Below, in pieces: positions 52,398 to 62,524 of a stretch of DNA of 64,000 bases. Source of the stretch: Enterobacterales bacterium. Its GTDB lineage: Bacteria; Pseudomonadota; Gammaproteobacteria; Enterobacterales; GCA-002770795. The stretch spans positions 5,646 to 69,645 of the forward strand of contig JBFFIY010000004.1 of NCBI GenBank assembly GCA_041556195.1. The letters are read 5' to 3'. The notes under the pieces were generated by a model, which was not told the DNA's origin, did no database searches, and saw only the letters and a list, made by a program, of their open reading frames with translations. A program made the translations under genes and the position numbers. Numbering within the stretch: position 1 is the first letter of the stretch; each line of letters begins with the position of its first letter.

Positions 52398-54644
52398 TTG
52401 AAAAAGTTAATTCAAGAGTTGAAAAGGCGCAGAGTGTTCAGGGTAGCAACTATCTATGCTGTTGCTGCATGGCCGATGGTGCAGCTGGCAGATTTGGTTT
52501 TTCCTGCCCTGGAGTTACCTGATCGTGCCATGACCTATTTATTAGTTTCCTTTATAGCGGGTTTTCCTATTGCATTGATACTTTCATGGCTCTTTAATCT
52601 AACTTCAAAAGGGATTGTACTTGCTGGGAGCCCTGATGGTGCTGAAATAGGAACTGATGGCTCCAATAAGCACCATGACTGGGTTATTGTTGGAAGTTTA
52701 TTAATTGTAGCTCTTTTGTTTTTTGCTTTCTTTTCCTCAAAAGTGCCAATGGAACCAGAGCCAGCTAATCAATCCCTGGCGGCCCTTTCGCAAACGTCTA
52801 ACCAAAAGGCTATTGCTGTCTTACCTTTTAAAACCTTCAGTGCCGATCCAAATGACCAATATTTTGCTGATGGATTGAGTGAAGAATTGGCGGGAGCATT
52901 ATCAACAATATCAGATTTGAGAGTAGCAGCAAATACATCCAGTTTCGCTTATAGAGATTCAGCAAAACCTGTGACAGAAATTGGAAAAGAATTAAATGTG
53001 GGGGTGGTGTTAGAAGGCACAGTACGTCGAAATAATATTGATAATCGAATTCGCGTTTCAGCCAGCCTGGTTGATGTGGAAACTGGCTCACAAGTTTGGT
53101 CGCAATCTTTTGATAGAGAGTTTAAAAATCTGTTCAAAGTACAAGAAGAAATATCAAATGCTGTAACTGAACAATTAAAGCTCAAAATCACTGGAGAGCA
53201 GGTTGCAAGCAATCGGTCTATGCCCACAAGTGTTGATGCATTGATTGCGCATAGTGCTGGCAATGCTGACTTACAAAAACGCACAGTGCCAGCGTTGAAA
53301 TCTGCCATTATCTGGTTTCAAAAAGCGATTGAACTCGATCCCGGCTATGGTTCAGCTTATGTGGGACTGGCCAATTCAGCCAGTTTGACTTTTTTTTATG
53401 GGGGAATGTCTCGAGAAGAAGCCAAAGAAATATCTTTACCTGCCATCGAAAAAGCACTTCAGCTTAACCCCAATTTAGGTTCTGCATATGCTGCAAAAGG
53501 ATTAGTATTATTGAATGATGCTGAATCTTCAGGGGCAGAAGTGTTTATTGAAGCAGGTATTAACCTGGCAAAATCTATAGAATTAAGCCCCAATTATTCT
53601 CCAGCTTACATTTGGTATGGTAATGTTTTGGCTAATCAGGGAAAAAAACAAGAGTCAATCAAACATTACCGAAAAGCTTTATTACTCGATTCTCGTTCTG
53701 TGGTTGCTGCACATAACATCGCTGAAAATCTCTTTTCAGAGGGGCGTGAAAGAGAAGCTCTTGAATTGGTTGATCAAATTATTGAAATCGACCCTTTTTA
53801 CCCTGGAGCATTTAATTTAATTGGAAATATATATCTAAGACAAGGCCGCCTGGTAGATGCCTATGTACAATATAAAAAATCTTTAAAATTGGCTCCTCTC
53901 GATACTCAGGCAAGTTCTGGAATTTTTAAAATAGCACTGGAATTGAAAGATCAAACTTTGATTGATGATGCTTTAAATATTCTTGTTGAAATAGATAAAA
54001 ATAGTGGTGGTGGAAAGTTCGCAGGCCAACTGATGTTATTTAAAGCTCGGAGTAATATCCTTCAGGGAAATAAAACACATGCTCTTGAGCAACTGGAACA
54101 AGCCCTGGAAATGACACAGGGTAGTTTTTTATACGATATTATCTTGGCAGAAAAAAGCTATTTTTTGCGGGATTATGGTACTAGTATTGAAGCTTATGAG
54201 AATGTCATAAAGGCTAGAAAAGCGATAGGTAATAACTTTTTTGATGCCAGTGAAAATATCATGGCATTCAAATATGCCTTTGCTTTGCAACAAACAGGTG
54301 ATGAAAATAAAGCCAATCAAGTACTGGAAAAAATTGATGCAGCTTCAAGTAAAACTTTGCTAAAAGCTCATCCGTTTCCAGGAGACTATTTTGTACAAGC
54401 ATTGAGTGCAATGATAAAAAATAATCAAGATCAAGCTCTACTTTATTTGCGACTGGCAGTAAACGCGGGCTGGACTTCCACCTGGTTATTAGAGCTCGAT
54501 CCGGTATGGGAATCTTTATTGGAAGATGAGCGTTTGCTGTCATTGGTTAACATGGTAGATATCAAGTTGGCTAATATGAGGAGGCGTTTGGCATTAAACG
54601 CTGATCTAGGAGCTTCTTCACATAGGGTTTTATTAAGTCTCTAA
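52398..54644 (+). CDS. Membrane protein with a TolB-N-terminal-like (COG5616-type) domain and a long TPR array
   Basis: The N-terminus ELKRRRVFRVATIYAVAAWPMVQLADL is followed by a second transmembrane segment, then IAVLPFKTFSADPNDQYFADGLSEEL, then many TPR-like repeats. TTG start after TAGGAG. Confidence 0.65.
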   Translation: MKKLIQELKRRRVFRVATIYAVAAWPMVQLADLVFPALELPDRAMTYLLVSFIAGFPIALILSWLFNLTSKGIVLAGSPDGAEIGTDGSNKHHDWVIVGSLLIVALLFFAFFSSKVPMEPEPANQSLAALSQTSNQKAIAVLPFKTFSADPNDQYFADGLSEELAGALSTISDLRVAANTSSFAYRDSAKPVTEIGKELNVGVVLEGTVRRNNIDNRIRVSASLVDVETGSQVWSQSFDREFKNLFKVQEEISNAVTEQLKLKITGEQVASNRSMPTSVDALIAHSAGNADLQKRTVPALKSAIIWFQKAIELDPGYGSAYVGLANSASLTFFYGGMSREEAKEISLPAIEKALQLNPNLGSAYAAKGLVLLNDAESSGAEVFIEAGINLAKSIELSPNYSPAYIWYGNVLANQGKKQESIKHYRKALLLDSRSVVAAHNIAENLFSEGREREALELVDQIIEIDPFYPGAFNLIGNIYLRQGRLVDAYVQYKKSLKLAPLDTQASSGIFKIALELKDQTLIDDALNILVEIDKNSGGGKFAGQLMLFKARSNILQGNKTHALEQLEQALEMTQGSFLYDIILAEKSYFLRDYGTSIEAYENVIKARKAIGNNFFDASENIMAFKYAFALQQTGDENKANQVLEKIDAASSKTLLKAHPFPGDYFVQALSAMIKNNQDQALLYLRLAVNAGWTSTWLLELDPVWESLLEDERLLSLVNMVDIKLANMRRRLALNADLGASSHRVLLSL

Positions 54645-54726
54645 CAGAGTTTTTTAGAATTAAGAACTAAAACAGGAGCTCGGCCACAGGATACTGGATG
54701 TGTCCGAGCTAAATTTACTTGAAATT

Positions 54727-55275
54727 TTAGAATGCAGGTTTATCTTTTGCTTCATTGTAGCGTTTAACACTTGCTAAAATTTCTTCCTTGGCTTCATCAA
54801 TACCTTTCCATCCATCAATTTTCACCCATTTGCTTGGTTCCAAATCTTTATAATGCTTAAAGAAATGTTCAATCTGATCGAGTAATAATTGAGATAAATC
54901 CTCTGCTTTTTTGACACCTCGGTATACAGTAGAGAGTTTGTCGATAGGAACAGCTAAAATTTTAGCATCGGTTCCACTTTCATCCGTCATCATTAACACA
55001 CCGACAGGTCTGCAGCTAATAACCGAGCCCGCCAATAAAGGGTATGGCGTAGGTACCAATACATCCACTGGATCCCCATCTTCAGATAAAGTGTGTGGAA
55101 CATAACCATAATTAGTAGGGTAATGCATACAGGTCGACATAAACCTATCAACGAAAATGGCCCCGGAGTCCTTATCAACTTCATATTTGACAGGATCCGC
55201 ATGGGCAGGGATCTCAATGATTACATTAATTTCATCTGGAATATCGTGTCCAGAAGTGACTTTGTTCAGACTCAT
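54727..55275 (-). CDS. ppa: Soluble inorganic pyrophosphatase, family I
   Basis: 182 aa with [20 protein letters not shown]...DGDPVDVLV. Confidence 0.95.
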   Translation of the reverse strand: MSLNKVTSGHDIPDEINVIIEIPAHADPVKYEVDKDSGAIFVDRFMSTCMHYPTNYGYVPHTLSEDGDPVDVLVPTPYPLLAGSVISCRPVGVLMMTDESGTDAKILAVPIDKLSTVYRGVKKAEDLSQLLLDQIEHFFKHYKDLEPSKWVKIDGWKGIDEAKEEILASVKRYNEAKDKPAF

Positions 55276-55584
55276 GACTTTAACCTATTGCAGAACCATT
55301 AATTTGTACGTGAAAAATCGAGCGCATAGTATACGTTATTTTAGGTATACCAACAAAAATATCTTCAATTTACAATGACAGTTTTGGTTTCTGGTCATAC
55401 CAGTGATAATAAGGAGCATTGAATAGATTAAATTCTGGTGTTTAACACAAAAACTAGCTATGTTGGGCGTCGGCTATGACTGGAGTTATGGATCCTGGTC
55501 TACGAATATAATAACTTCCATTATAAAAATTTTTGAAATAATAATGTCAAATATAAAAATAAAGTCTGAAACTTAGGGGGAAAA

Positions 55585-57576
55585 ATGAATTTAATGTACA
55601 TTCCACCAATAATTGGTGTCGTTGGCCTTGTGGCCGCTTTTATCGTTTACCAACTGCTACGAGCTTATCCAGCAGGTGACGGAACCATCACCAAAATTGG
55701 AGATGCCATCCATTCTGGTGCAATGGTATTTATGCATCGTGAATATAAAATGCTGTCAATGTTTGCCTTAGTATTAATGGTTCTTCTTTATATTTTCTTA
55801 GGAAAATATACCACTATCGCTTTTGTTGTAGGTGCAATAACCTCTGCTACGGCTGGTTATATAGGTATGTTTGCAGCGACGAAAGCTAATGTTAGAACTA
55901 CAGTAGCCGCCCATGAAAAAGGGGCTTCATCGGCTTTGACAGTTGCTTTTTTTGGTGGTTCTGTAATGGGGTTATGTGTGGCTGCCCTCGGTTTGATTGG
56001 GCTAGGTACACTTTATTATTTCTTTGGAAACGACCCTGAACACGCAGAAGCCATACATGGTTTTGGAATGGGAGCCTCAATCGTGGCACTTTTTTCTCGT
56101 GTCGGTGGCGGGATCTTCACTAAGAGTGCAGATGTTGGCGCAGATTTGGTGGGTAAATTAGAAGCCGGTATTCCAGAAGATGATCCACGTAACCCTGGCG
56201 TTATAGCTGATAATGTAGGCGACAATGTGGGCGATGTTGCTGGTATGGGCTCAGATATTTTTGAATCCTATTGTGGCTCTATGATTGCTACCATTGCTAT
56301 TGCAGCAACTTTGACTACTTCGACATTAGGTTTAGTGCCAGATTTGATGTTTTTGCCACTAGCGTTAGCTTCAGTAGGTTTGGTTGCATCATTATTGGGA
56401 ATCTTCCTGGTTAAAGTAATGTCGGCTCAAAGGCCTGAAGTAGCTTTAAGAGTGGGTACTATTGTTGCAGCCATATTATTTATTGTTGCGGCATACTTTG
56501 TTATTGCAAAAACTCATATATCTGCCAATGTCTGGTATGCAGTATTAGCTGGTGCAGTTGGTGGAATTTTTATCGGGCTTATTACTGAGTATTATACTTC
56601 TTCAAGTCCTGTGAGAAGGATCGCAGCATCTGGAAAAACGGGTCCAGCTACTGTTATTATTACTGGTTTGTCTGTAGGTAAACAGTCAGTGGCTCTGCCA
56701 ATTTTAGTAATTGTGGGCATTATACTTGTATCAACTGAACTAGCGGGTTTGTACGGTGTAGGTATTGCGGCAGTGGGTATGTTAGCGACCGTTGGGATCA
56801 CTATGGCAATTGATGCTTATGGACCAGTTGCAGATAACGCTGGTGGTATTGCAGAAATGGCTGGTTTAGGTGAAGAAACTCGTAAAATTACTGACTCGCT
56901 GGATGAACTGGGAAATACCACTGCAGCTATCGGTAAAGGTTTTGCCATTGGTGCCGCTGCTCTGGCTGCTTTAGCGATTATTTCGGCATTTCAGGCCACA
57001 TTAATAGCTAAACATCCTGATTTTAACCTGTCATTAAATAACCCGTTGGTACTATCGGGTATTTTCATTGGCGGAATCATTCCATATCTGATTGCATCTA
57101 TTACTTTAACTGCTGTTGGTGATGCAGCTATGGCGATGATTACAGAAATTAGACGCCAATTTAAAGAAATACCAGGTTTATTAGCTGGTACAGCTGAGCC
57201 TGATAGTGATCGCTGTGTTGACATTGCTACTACCGCTGCATTGAAGAAAATGATTCTTCCAGGATTCATCGCTGTTATTGCACCAGTGGTTGTTGGCTTC
57301 TTATTGGGTAGCGAAGCTCTAGGAGGCATGTTAGCAGGTGCTTTGTTAACAGCGGTTCTATTAGCTCTTAAAATGGCAAATGCTGGTGGTGCCTGGGATA
57401 ATGCGAAAAAATATGTAGAAAAGGGCAATCTCGGGGGTAAAGGCAGTGATACACATACAGCTACAGTGGTAGGTGATACTGTTGGTGATCCTTATAAAGA
57501 TACTTCCGGTCCGTCTATGAACATCTTAATTAATGTTATGGCTATTGTTTCTTTAGTCATTGCCCCTCTGCTATAG
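55585..57576 (+). CDS. hppA: Membrane-integral ion-translocating pyrophosphatase (K+-dependent-type signature)
   Basis: 663 aa and polytopic. Motifs: [46 protein letters not shown] and [15 protein letters not shown]. Confidence 0.95.
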   Translation: MNLMYIPPIIGVVGLVAAFIVYQLLRAYPAGDGTITKIGDAIHSGAMVFMHREYKMLSMFALVLMVLLYIFLGKYTTIAFVVGAITSATAGYIGMFAATKANVRTTVAAHEKGASSALTVAFFGGSVMGLCVAALGLIGLGTLYYFFGNDPEHAEAIHGFGMGASIVALFSRVGGGIFTKSADVGADLVGKLEAGIPEDDPRNPGVIADNVGDNVGDVAGMGSDIFESYCGSMIATIAIAATLTTSTLGLVPDLMFLPLALASVGLVASLLGIFLVKVMSAQRPEVALRVGTIVAAILFIVAAYFVIAKTHISANVWYAVLAGAVGGIFIGLITEYYTSSSPVRRIAASGKTGPATVIITGLSVGKQSVALPILVIVGIILVSTELAGLYGVGIAAVGMLATVGITMAIDAYGPVADNAGGIAEMAGLGEETRKITDSLDELGNTTAAIGKGFAIGAAALAALAIISAFQATLIAKHPDFNLSLNNPLVLSGIFIGGIIPYLIASITLTAVGDAAMAMITEIRRQFKEIPGLLAGTAEPDSDRCVDIATTAALKKMILPGFIAVIAPVVVGFLLGSEALGGMLAGALLTAVLLALKMANAGGAWDNAKKYVEKGNLGGKGSDTHTATVVGDTVGDPYKDTSGPSMNILINVMAIVSLVIAPLL

Positions 57577-57646
57577 CAGTTTCTTTGCTAAAGTTGCTCC
57601 TATCTTCTAGTTTTATCAGAGAAGGAAGGAGCCAGGGTTAAAATGA

Positions 57647-57667
57647 AAAGGGGCATATGCCCCTTTT
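57647..57667 (+). terminator. Rho-independent terminator after hppA
   Basis: aaaagggg-cata-tg-cccctttt is a GC-cored perfect hairpin. Its 3' arm runs into ttttctgatttt. Confidence 0.8.
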
Positions 57668-57805
57668 CTGATTTTAAAATAACAAAGTCATTGGTTCTTT
57701 TGAAAAAAATTTGCCATACTTGAAAAAATTACACTAATCACTTACCGTTTATTTATGATTCATTAATAATTCACCAGATAATTACTTATTTTATTTGCGA
57801 ACTCT

Positions 57806-58954
57806 ATGACAGATTTTATATGCCCTGAATTTAGCGAATTAGATCAAGAACTCAAAGATGATTTTTATGGGAGCACTCAAGAAGCCATAGAACTCATGGA
57901 TGGCTGTATTGATCGTTTAGCTGTTGAAAGTAATGCAGAGGATCTGAATGAATTATTTCGTTCGATGCACTCAGTCAAGGGAAATTGTAATATGGTTTTC
58001 ATTGCCCCAGTTGTCGAAGCCTTGCATGAGCTAGAGGAGATTGTTACTGATATACGTGATAATCGTTATGCTTATCACCCGAGTTATGGTGAATTTTGTC
58101 AAGCAGTTATCCATGAAACTGATGAAGTGCTTCGTGATTTAATGAATACTGATTGTGCCAGTCAAACTTTACTCGATCAGCTGGAAAAACTTATTTCGAC
58201 AGTACATCAAACACAAGATGATGAACAGCGACTTCACATTGTCCAATGTGCAACCAACGCTATCATGAAAGGACACTTTTCATTACAACAATCTCTGGAT
58301 AAATACCAACAACAATTGGAGCAAGAACAAAATCTTACAGAGCCATCTCAAGAAGGTGATTCAGCTGATGAAATACCCTCATCTATTGATTTTTTCAGGC
58401 AATTGGCTGAAGGAGCTCATGAAATTGATCCCTGGCGAGTGATCAGGTTAGAGAGAACAATTTCATTATGTAACGATTTAAATAAAATTTTTGGATCACC
58501 CGTTGATACCGAGCAATTATTAGCTGCGGTATATGTCCATGAATTTACCATGAACATGATTCCACGAGAGATTTTAGAAAAAGCAGATAAACTTGATGAA
58601 AAAGAAACCAGAGTCGTTAGAAAACATGTTGATATGGGGGCGGGATTGTTGCGACAGGTTCCTGGGTTTGTGGAAGCTTCAGAAATTATAAAATGTCATC
58701 ATGAACAAATTAACGGTGAAGGCTACCCTGCGGGTAAGGAAGGCGATAGTCGTTCGTTTGGTGCAGTAATTTTGGCCATGGCAGAAACTTTTATATCCAT
58801 TACCAGCGATAGACCCGATAGACCCTACAAAAAGACCTTGCTTACTGCTGTTCGAGAAATTAACAACGCTAAGGGAACACAGTTTTCTGCTGAGCATGTT
58901 GAAGGATTTAATGAACTCATCAAAAAATCCTATATTGCTCAGGCAAGGTGGTAG
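57806..58954 (+). CDS. Hpt domain fused to an HD-GYP-type domain (putative c-di-GMP phosphodiesterase)
   Basis: N-terminal Hpt motif FRSMHSVKGNCNMVF...LHELE. The C-terminus has VRKHVDMGAGLL and HHEQINGEGYPAGK (HHExxxGxGYP). The HD dyad position reads HE (VYVHEFT). Confidence 0.75.
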   Translation: MTDFICPEFSELDQELKDDFYGSTQEAIELMDGCIDRLAVESNAEDLNELFRSMHSVKGNCNMVFIAPVVEALHELEEIVTDIRDNRYAYHPSYGEFCQAVIHETDEVLRDLMNTDCASQTLLDQLEKLISTVHQTQDDEQRLHIVQCATNAIMKGHFSLQQSLDKYQQQLEQEQNLTEPSQEGDSADEIPSSIDFFRQLAEGAHEIDPWRVIRLERTISLCNDLNKIFGSPVDTEQLLAAVYVHEFTMNMIPREILEKADKLDEKETRVVRKHVDMGAGLLRQVPGFVEASEIIKCHHEQINGEGYPAGKEGDSRSFGAVILAMAETFISITSDRPDRPYKKTLLTAVREINNAKGTQFSAEHVEGFNELIKKSYIAQARW

Positions 58955-58988
58955 GATTTTAGTTGCGAGTTGCGAGTTAAGAGATGGA

Positions 58989-60281
58989 TTAAATCTCAAA
59001 TCCCTTTTCCAGTTTTTTTTCCACCAGAATGTTTTTCAGTTTAACGTATTGGGGTAATCCATTCTTATAAGGTGGGTAATCTTCACCTTGAATTAACGGT
59101 TGTAGATAAGTTCTTGCTTTTTCGGTGATCCCAAAACCATCTTCACGAATATAATCAGCCGGTAGCATTTTTTCAACATTTGCCACTTCACTTAAAGACG
59201 CTTTGCCTATTGACCAGGAGTAGGGAGTATTGGAATCCCTGACAATGGTGGGCATCACAGCATTTTCTCCAGTTAAAGCTAGCTCCATAGCTGCTTTTCC
59301 GAGTGCATAAGCCTGCTTAACATCGGTGGCTGAGGCAATATGTCGAGCGGATCGTTGTAAATAATCTGATACAGCCCAATGATACTTATAACCAAGATTA
59401 CTTTTAACCAGATCAGCAATAACCGGGGCAACACCGCCTAATTGATTATGCCCAAAGGCATCCACTGTGCCTGCATCCGCCAGGAACTTGCCCTGTTGGT
59501 TCTTGACCCCTTCAGACACAACGATGGCACAATATCCATAATCTTTAACCGATTGTTCAACCAGTTTTAAAAAGGCGGCTTCACTAAAAGCGACTTCAGG
59601 AAATAAAATAATGTGGGGAGCATCACCTTGATTTTCTGCGGCCAGGCCACCTGCTGCAGCAATCCAGCCCGCATGACGCCCCATAACTTCCATCACAAAA
59701 ACTTTAGTCGAGGTGGCAGCCATAGAGGCAACATCAAACCCCGCTTCCCTAATAGAAACCGCAATATATTTGGCGACAGAGCCAAATCCGGGACAATTAT
59801 CAGTAACGGGTAAATCATTATCAACGGTTTTTGGAATACCAACACAGGTTATGGGGTAGTCCATAGTTTCACTTAGCCTGGAGACTTTGTGGGCGGTATC
59901 CATAGAATCACCACCACCATTATAGAAAAAATAACGAATATTATGTGCTCTAAAAACTTCGATGAGCCTTTCATATTCAGCTCTGCTTTCATCTAACCCC
60001 TTTAACTTAAAACGGCAAGAACCAAATGCGCCGGAAGGGGTATGTTTAAGTGCAGCAATATCCTCATTGGATTCAAGACTGGTATCAATCAACTCTTCTT
60101 TGAGCGCACCAATGATGCCATCTTTACCTGCAAACACCTTTCCCACCTTCTCAGGAAACTGGTGAGCAGTTTCAATTAAACCGGCCGCAGAAGCATTGAT
60201 AACAGCCGTTACGCCGCCTGATTGAGCGTAGAAAGCATTGCCTGGTTCAGAGTCGGGTAAAGAGTTTTTATTGTTAGTCAT
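58989..60281 (-). CDS. pfp: 6-phosphofructokinase, probably pyrophosphate-dependent
   Basis: 430 aa. PFK motifs: GGGDSMDT, GIPKTVDNDL and MGRHAGWIA. By hand alignment to E. coli PfkA, residue 104 is Asp and residue 124 is Lys, which is the PPi-type signature. Confidence 0.8.
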   Translation of the reverse strand: MTNNKNSLPDSEPGNAFYAQSGGVTAVINASAAGLIETAHQFPEKVGKVFAGKDGIIGALKEELIDTSLESNEDIAALKHTPSGAFGSCRFKLKGLDESRAEYERLIEVFRAHNIRYFFYNGGGDSMDTAHKVSRLSETMDYPITCVGIPKTVDNDLPVTDNCPGFGSVAKYIAVSIREAGFDVASMAATSTKVFVMEVMGRHAGWIAAAGGLAAENQGDAPHIILFPEVAFSEAAFLKLVEQSVKDYGYCAIVVSEGVKNQQGKFLADAGTVDAFGHNQLGGVAPVIADLVKSNLGYKYHWAVSDYLQRSARHIASATDVKQAYALGKAAMELALTGENAVMPTIVRDSNTPYSWSIGKASLSEVANVEKMLPADYIREDGFGITEKARTYLQPLIQGEDYPPYKNGLPQYVKLKNILVEKKLEKGFEI

Positions 60282-60446
60282 AATGTTCTTTAAGGGCTAA
60301 TTGAAATTGTACTTATTATACAGGATTTGAGGTTGATTTTGTTAGCCATATCCAAAAATCTGTCTGTTATAATTCTTCCTTCCGAGTCTAATAGTTGTTA
60401 TCTTCTTATCTGGAAAAAAATTCAATTTTTTTAGGTTAATTTGTTA

Positions 60447-61802
60447 ATGGCACATATTCATATATTAGGGATCTGCGGTACCTTTATGGGCGGTTTGGCC
60501 AGAATTGCGGTATCTCTTGGCCATAAAGTTTCGGGATCTGATGCCAATACCTACCCTCCCATGAGTACTCAATTAGAGCAGCTTGGGGTAACCTTATATG
60601 AGGGCTACAAACCAGAAAACTTACAAGATGAACCGGATTTAGTGATTATTGGCAATGCTATGTCCAGGGGAAATAGCGCCGTTGAATATGTGTTAAATAA
60701 AGGCATTCATTATTGCTCAGGTCCACAATGGTTATGGGAACATGCTTTATTGGATAAATGGGTGTTGGGGGTGTCAGGAACTCATGGAAAAACCACCACC
60801 AGTAGCATGCTGGCCTGGATTTTGGAGTACAACGGATATCATCCAGGTTATTTAATTGGTGGAGTAACAGGCAACTTTGAACATTCGGCACAGATCACCG
60901 ACTCCCCCTTTTTTGTAATAGAGGCCGATGAATACGATTCTGCTTTTTTCGACAAACGCTCAAAAATGATTCACTACCATCCCAAAACCCTCATCATCAA
61001 TAACCTTGAATTTGATCATGCCGATATTTTTGCAGATTTAGCGGCAATACAAAGGCAATTTCATCACTGTGTGAGAACTGTGCCAGGAATTGGTCGAATT
61101 ATTTATCCTGCTGCTGATCCCAATATCGAAACAGTGTTAGAGCAGGGATGCTGGTCAGAAAAAGAAACCCTTGGAAGTACAGGCAACTGGCGCTGGAAAT
61201 TAATCAAGCAGGATGCCAGTTATTTTGATGTTTTGAATGGCCGCAATGAATTACTGGCAACTGTAAACTGGGAAATGATGGGAGAGCATAATGTCGCCAA
61301 TGCAGTGGCGGCTATGGCTGCGGCAAAACATGTGGGAGTGTTGCCAGAACTTTCTGCACAGGCATTATCACACTTTAAGGGTGTCAAACGCCGAATGGAA
61401 CTAAAAGGAGAAGTGAAAGGGATCAGAGTTTATGATGACTTTGCACATCATCCAACAGCCATTAAAACAACCCTTTCCGGCTTAAGAAAAAATGTGGGGA
61501 AAAGACGAATTATTGCAGTATTAGATCCTCGCTCCAATACCATGCGTATGGGCGTTCATAAAGATCTGTTGCCAAAAAGTCTGAGCGAAGCCGATCTGGT
61601 TTGGATGCATAAGCCAGACAACCTGGCGTGGGAGATTGAAAACGAACAACAGGGATGGAATATTGCAAACTCTCCTGAAAAAATCATAGAGGGTTTGTTA
61701 CCTCAATTACAAACAGGCGATACCGTTTTGATTATGAGTAATGGCGGGTTTGGCGGCATTCATCAAAAGCTGCTTGATGCATTGGAGACGCGGCATGGTT
61801 AA
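60447..61802 (+). CDS. mpl: UDP-N-acetylmuramate:L-alanyl-gamma-D-glutamyl-meso-diaminopimelate ligase (murein peptide ligase)
   Basis: [16 protein letters not shown] at the N-terminus and GTHGKTTT. I prefer the ATG at 60447 to the TTG at 60441. Confidence 0.9.
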   Translation: MAHIHILGICGTFMGGLARIAVSLGHKVSGSDANTYPPMSTQLEQLGVTLYEGYKPENLQDEPDLVIIGNAMSRGNSAVEYVLNKGIHYCSGPQWLWEHALLDKWVLGVSGTHGKTTTSSMLAWILEYNGYHPGYLIGGVTGNFEHSAQITDSPFFVIEADEYDSAFFDKRSKMIHYHPKTLIINNLEFDHADIFADLAAIQRQFHHCVRTVPGIGRIIYPAADPNIETVLEQGCWSEKETLGSTGNWRWKLIKQDASYFDVLNGRNELLATVNWEMMGEHNVANAVAAMAAAKHVGVLPELSAQALSHFKGVKRRMELKGEVKGIRVYDDFAHHPTAIKTTLSGLRKNVGKRRIIAVLDPRSNTMRMGVHKDLLPKSLSEADLVWMHKPDNLAWEIENEQQGWNIANSPEKIIEGLLPQLQTGDTVLIMSNGGFGGIHQKLLDALETRHG

Positions 61803-62427
61803 TAAAATCAACGAACATAAACAACAAATGACTTTAGCTATCACTGGTGCCTCAGGTGCACCCTATGCGATGGGTTTATTACGACAACTATTGTTAGCAG
61901 AACAAAGCGTACATCTAATGATCTCCGATGCGGCAAAAGTAGTTTTTGCCACAGAAAGTCAACTTGAAATTCCCCGGCAATCTGAAGCCATCGCCCAATG
62001 TTTAAGAAAAGCGGTACAGGTTGAAGAGCAGGGCGAACTTAATGTTTACGCAAAAAACAACTGGTTGTCCCCTGTAGCAAGTGGTTCAGCTGCTCCAAAA
62101 ATAATGATCGTCTGTCCCTGTAGTACCGGAACATTATCAGCCATAGCAACCGGCGCCAGTGATAACCTCATCGAGCGAGCTGCTGATGTCATACTAAAAG
62201 AACAGGGGAAACTCATATTAGTGATCCGTGAAATGCCTCTATCGCCGATCCATATAGAAAACATGCTTAAATTATCTCGAATAGGCGTAAGTATTATGCC
62301 AGCCAGCCCCGGGTTTTATCATCAACCCTCCTGTGTTCAGGATCTGGTAGATTTTGTCGTTGCCAGAGTGATGGATCAGGCTGGTCTTCCTCAGACTCTG
62401 GTACCTAAATGGGGATATGGTACTTAG
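61795..62427 (+). CDS. ubiX: Flavin prenyltransferase UbiX
   Basis: [12 protein letters not shown] and [17 protein letters not shown]. The ATG at 61795 overlaps the mpl stop. The ORF-track N-terminal extension inside mpl is unlikely to be real. Confidence 0.88.
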   Translation: MVNKINEHKQQMTLAITGASGAPYAMGLLRQLLLAEQSVHLMISDAAKVVFATESQLEIPRQSEAIAQCLRKAVQVEEQGELNVYAKNNWLSPVASGSAAPKIMIVCPCSTGTLSAIATGASDNLIERAADVILKEQGKLILVIREMPLSPIHIENMLKLSRIGVSIMPASPGFYHQPSCVQDLVDFVVARVMDQAGLPQTLVPKWGYGT

Positions 62428-62524
62428 TTTTTTTCCTATATAGTCATTAATTTCAAAAGCAGTAAAAACACATCACTGGTATACTATGCACAATTTTTTG
62501 CGGTGAGCAGGGGCCTTTTTTTAA

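Noticed and set aside
56991-57428. 145-aa antisense ORF inside hppA
   Set aside because: It lies opposite a highly conserved membrane PPase gene. Its Ala/Pro-rich translation is typical of the reverse frame of a GC-richer, Ala/Gly-rich membrane gene.
61741-61794. N-terminal extension of UbiX overlapping the end of mpl
   Set aside because: The extension ([18 protein letters not shown]) lies within the mpl coding region in another frame and is not UbiX-like. The ATG at 61795, which overlaps the mpl stop, is the more plausible start.
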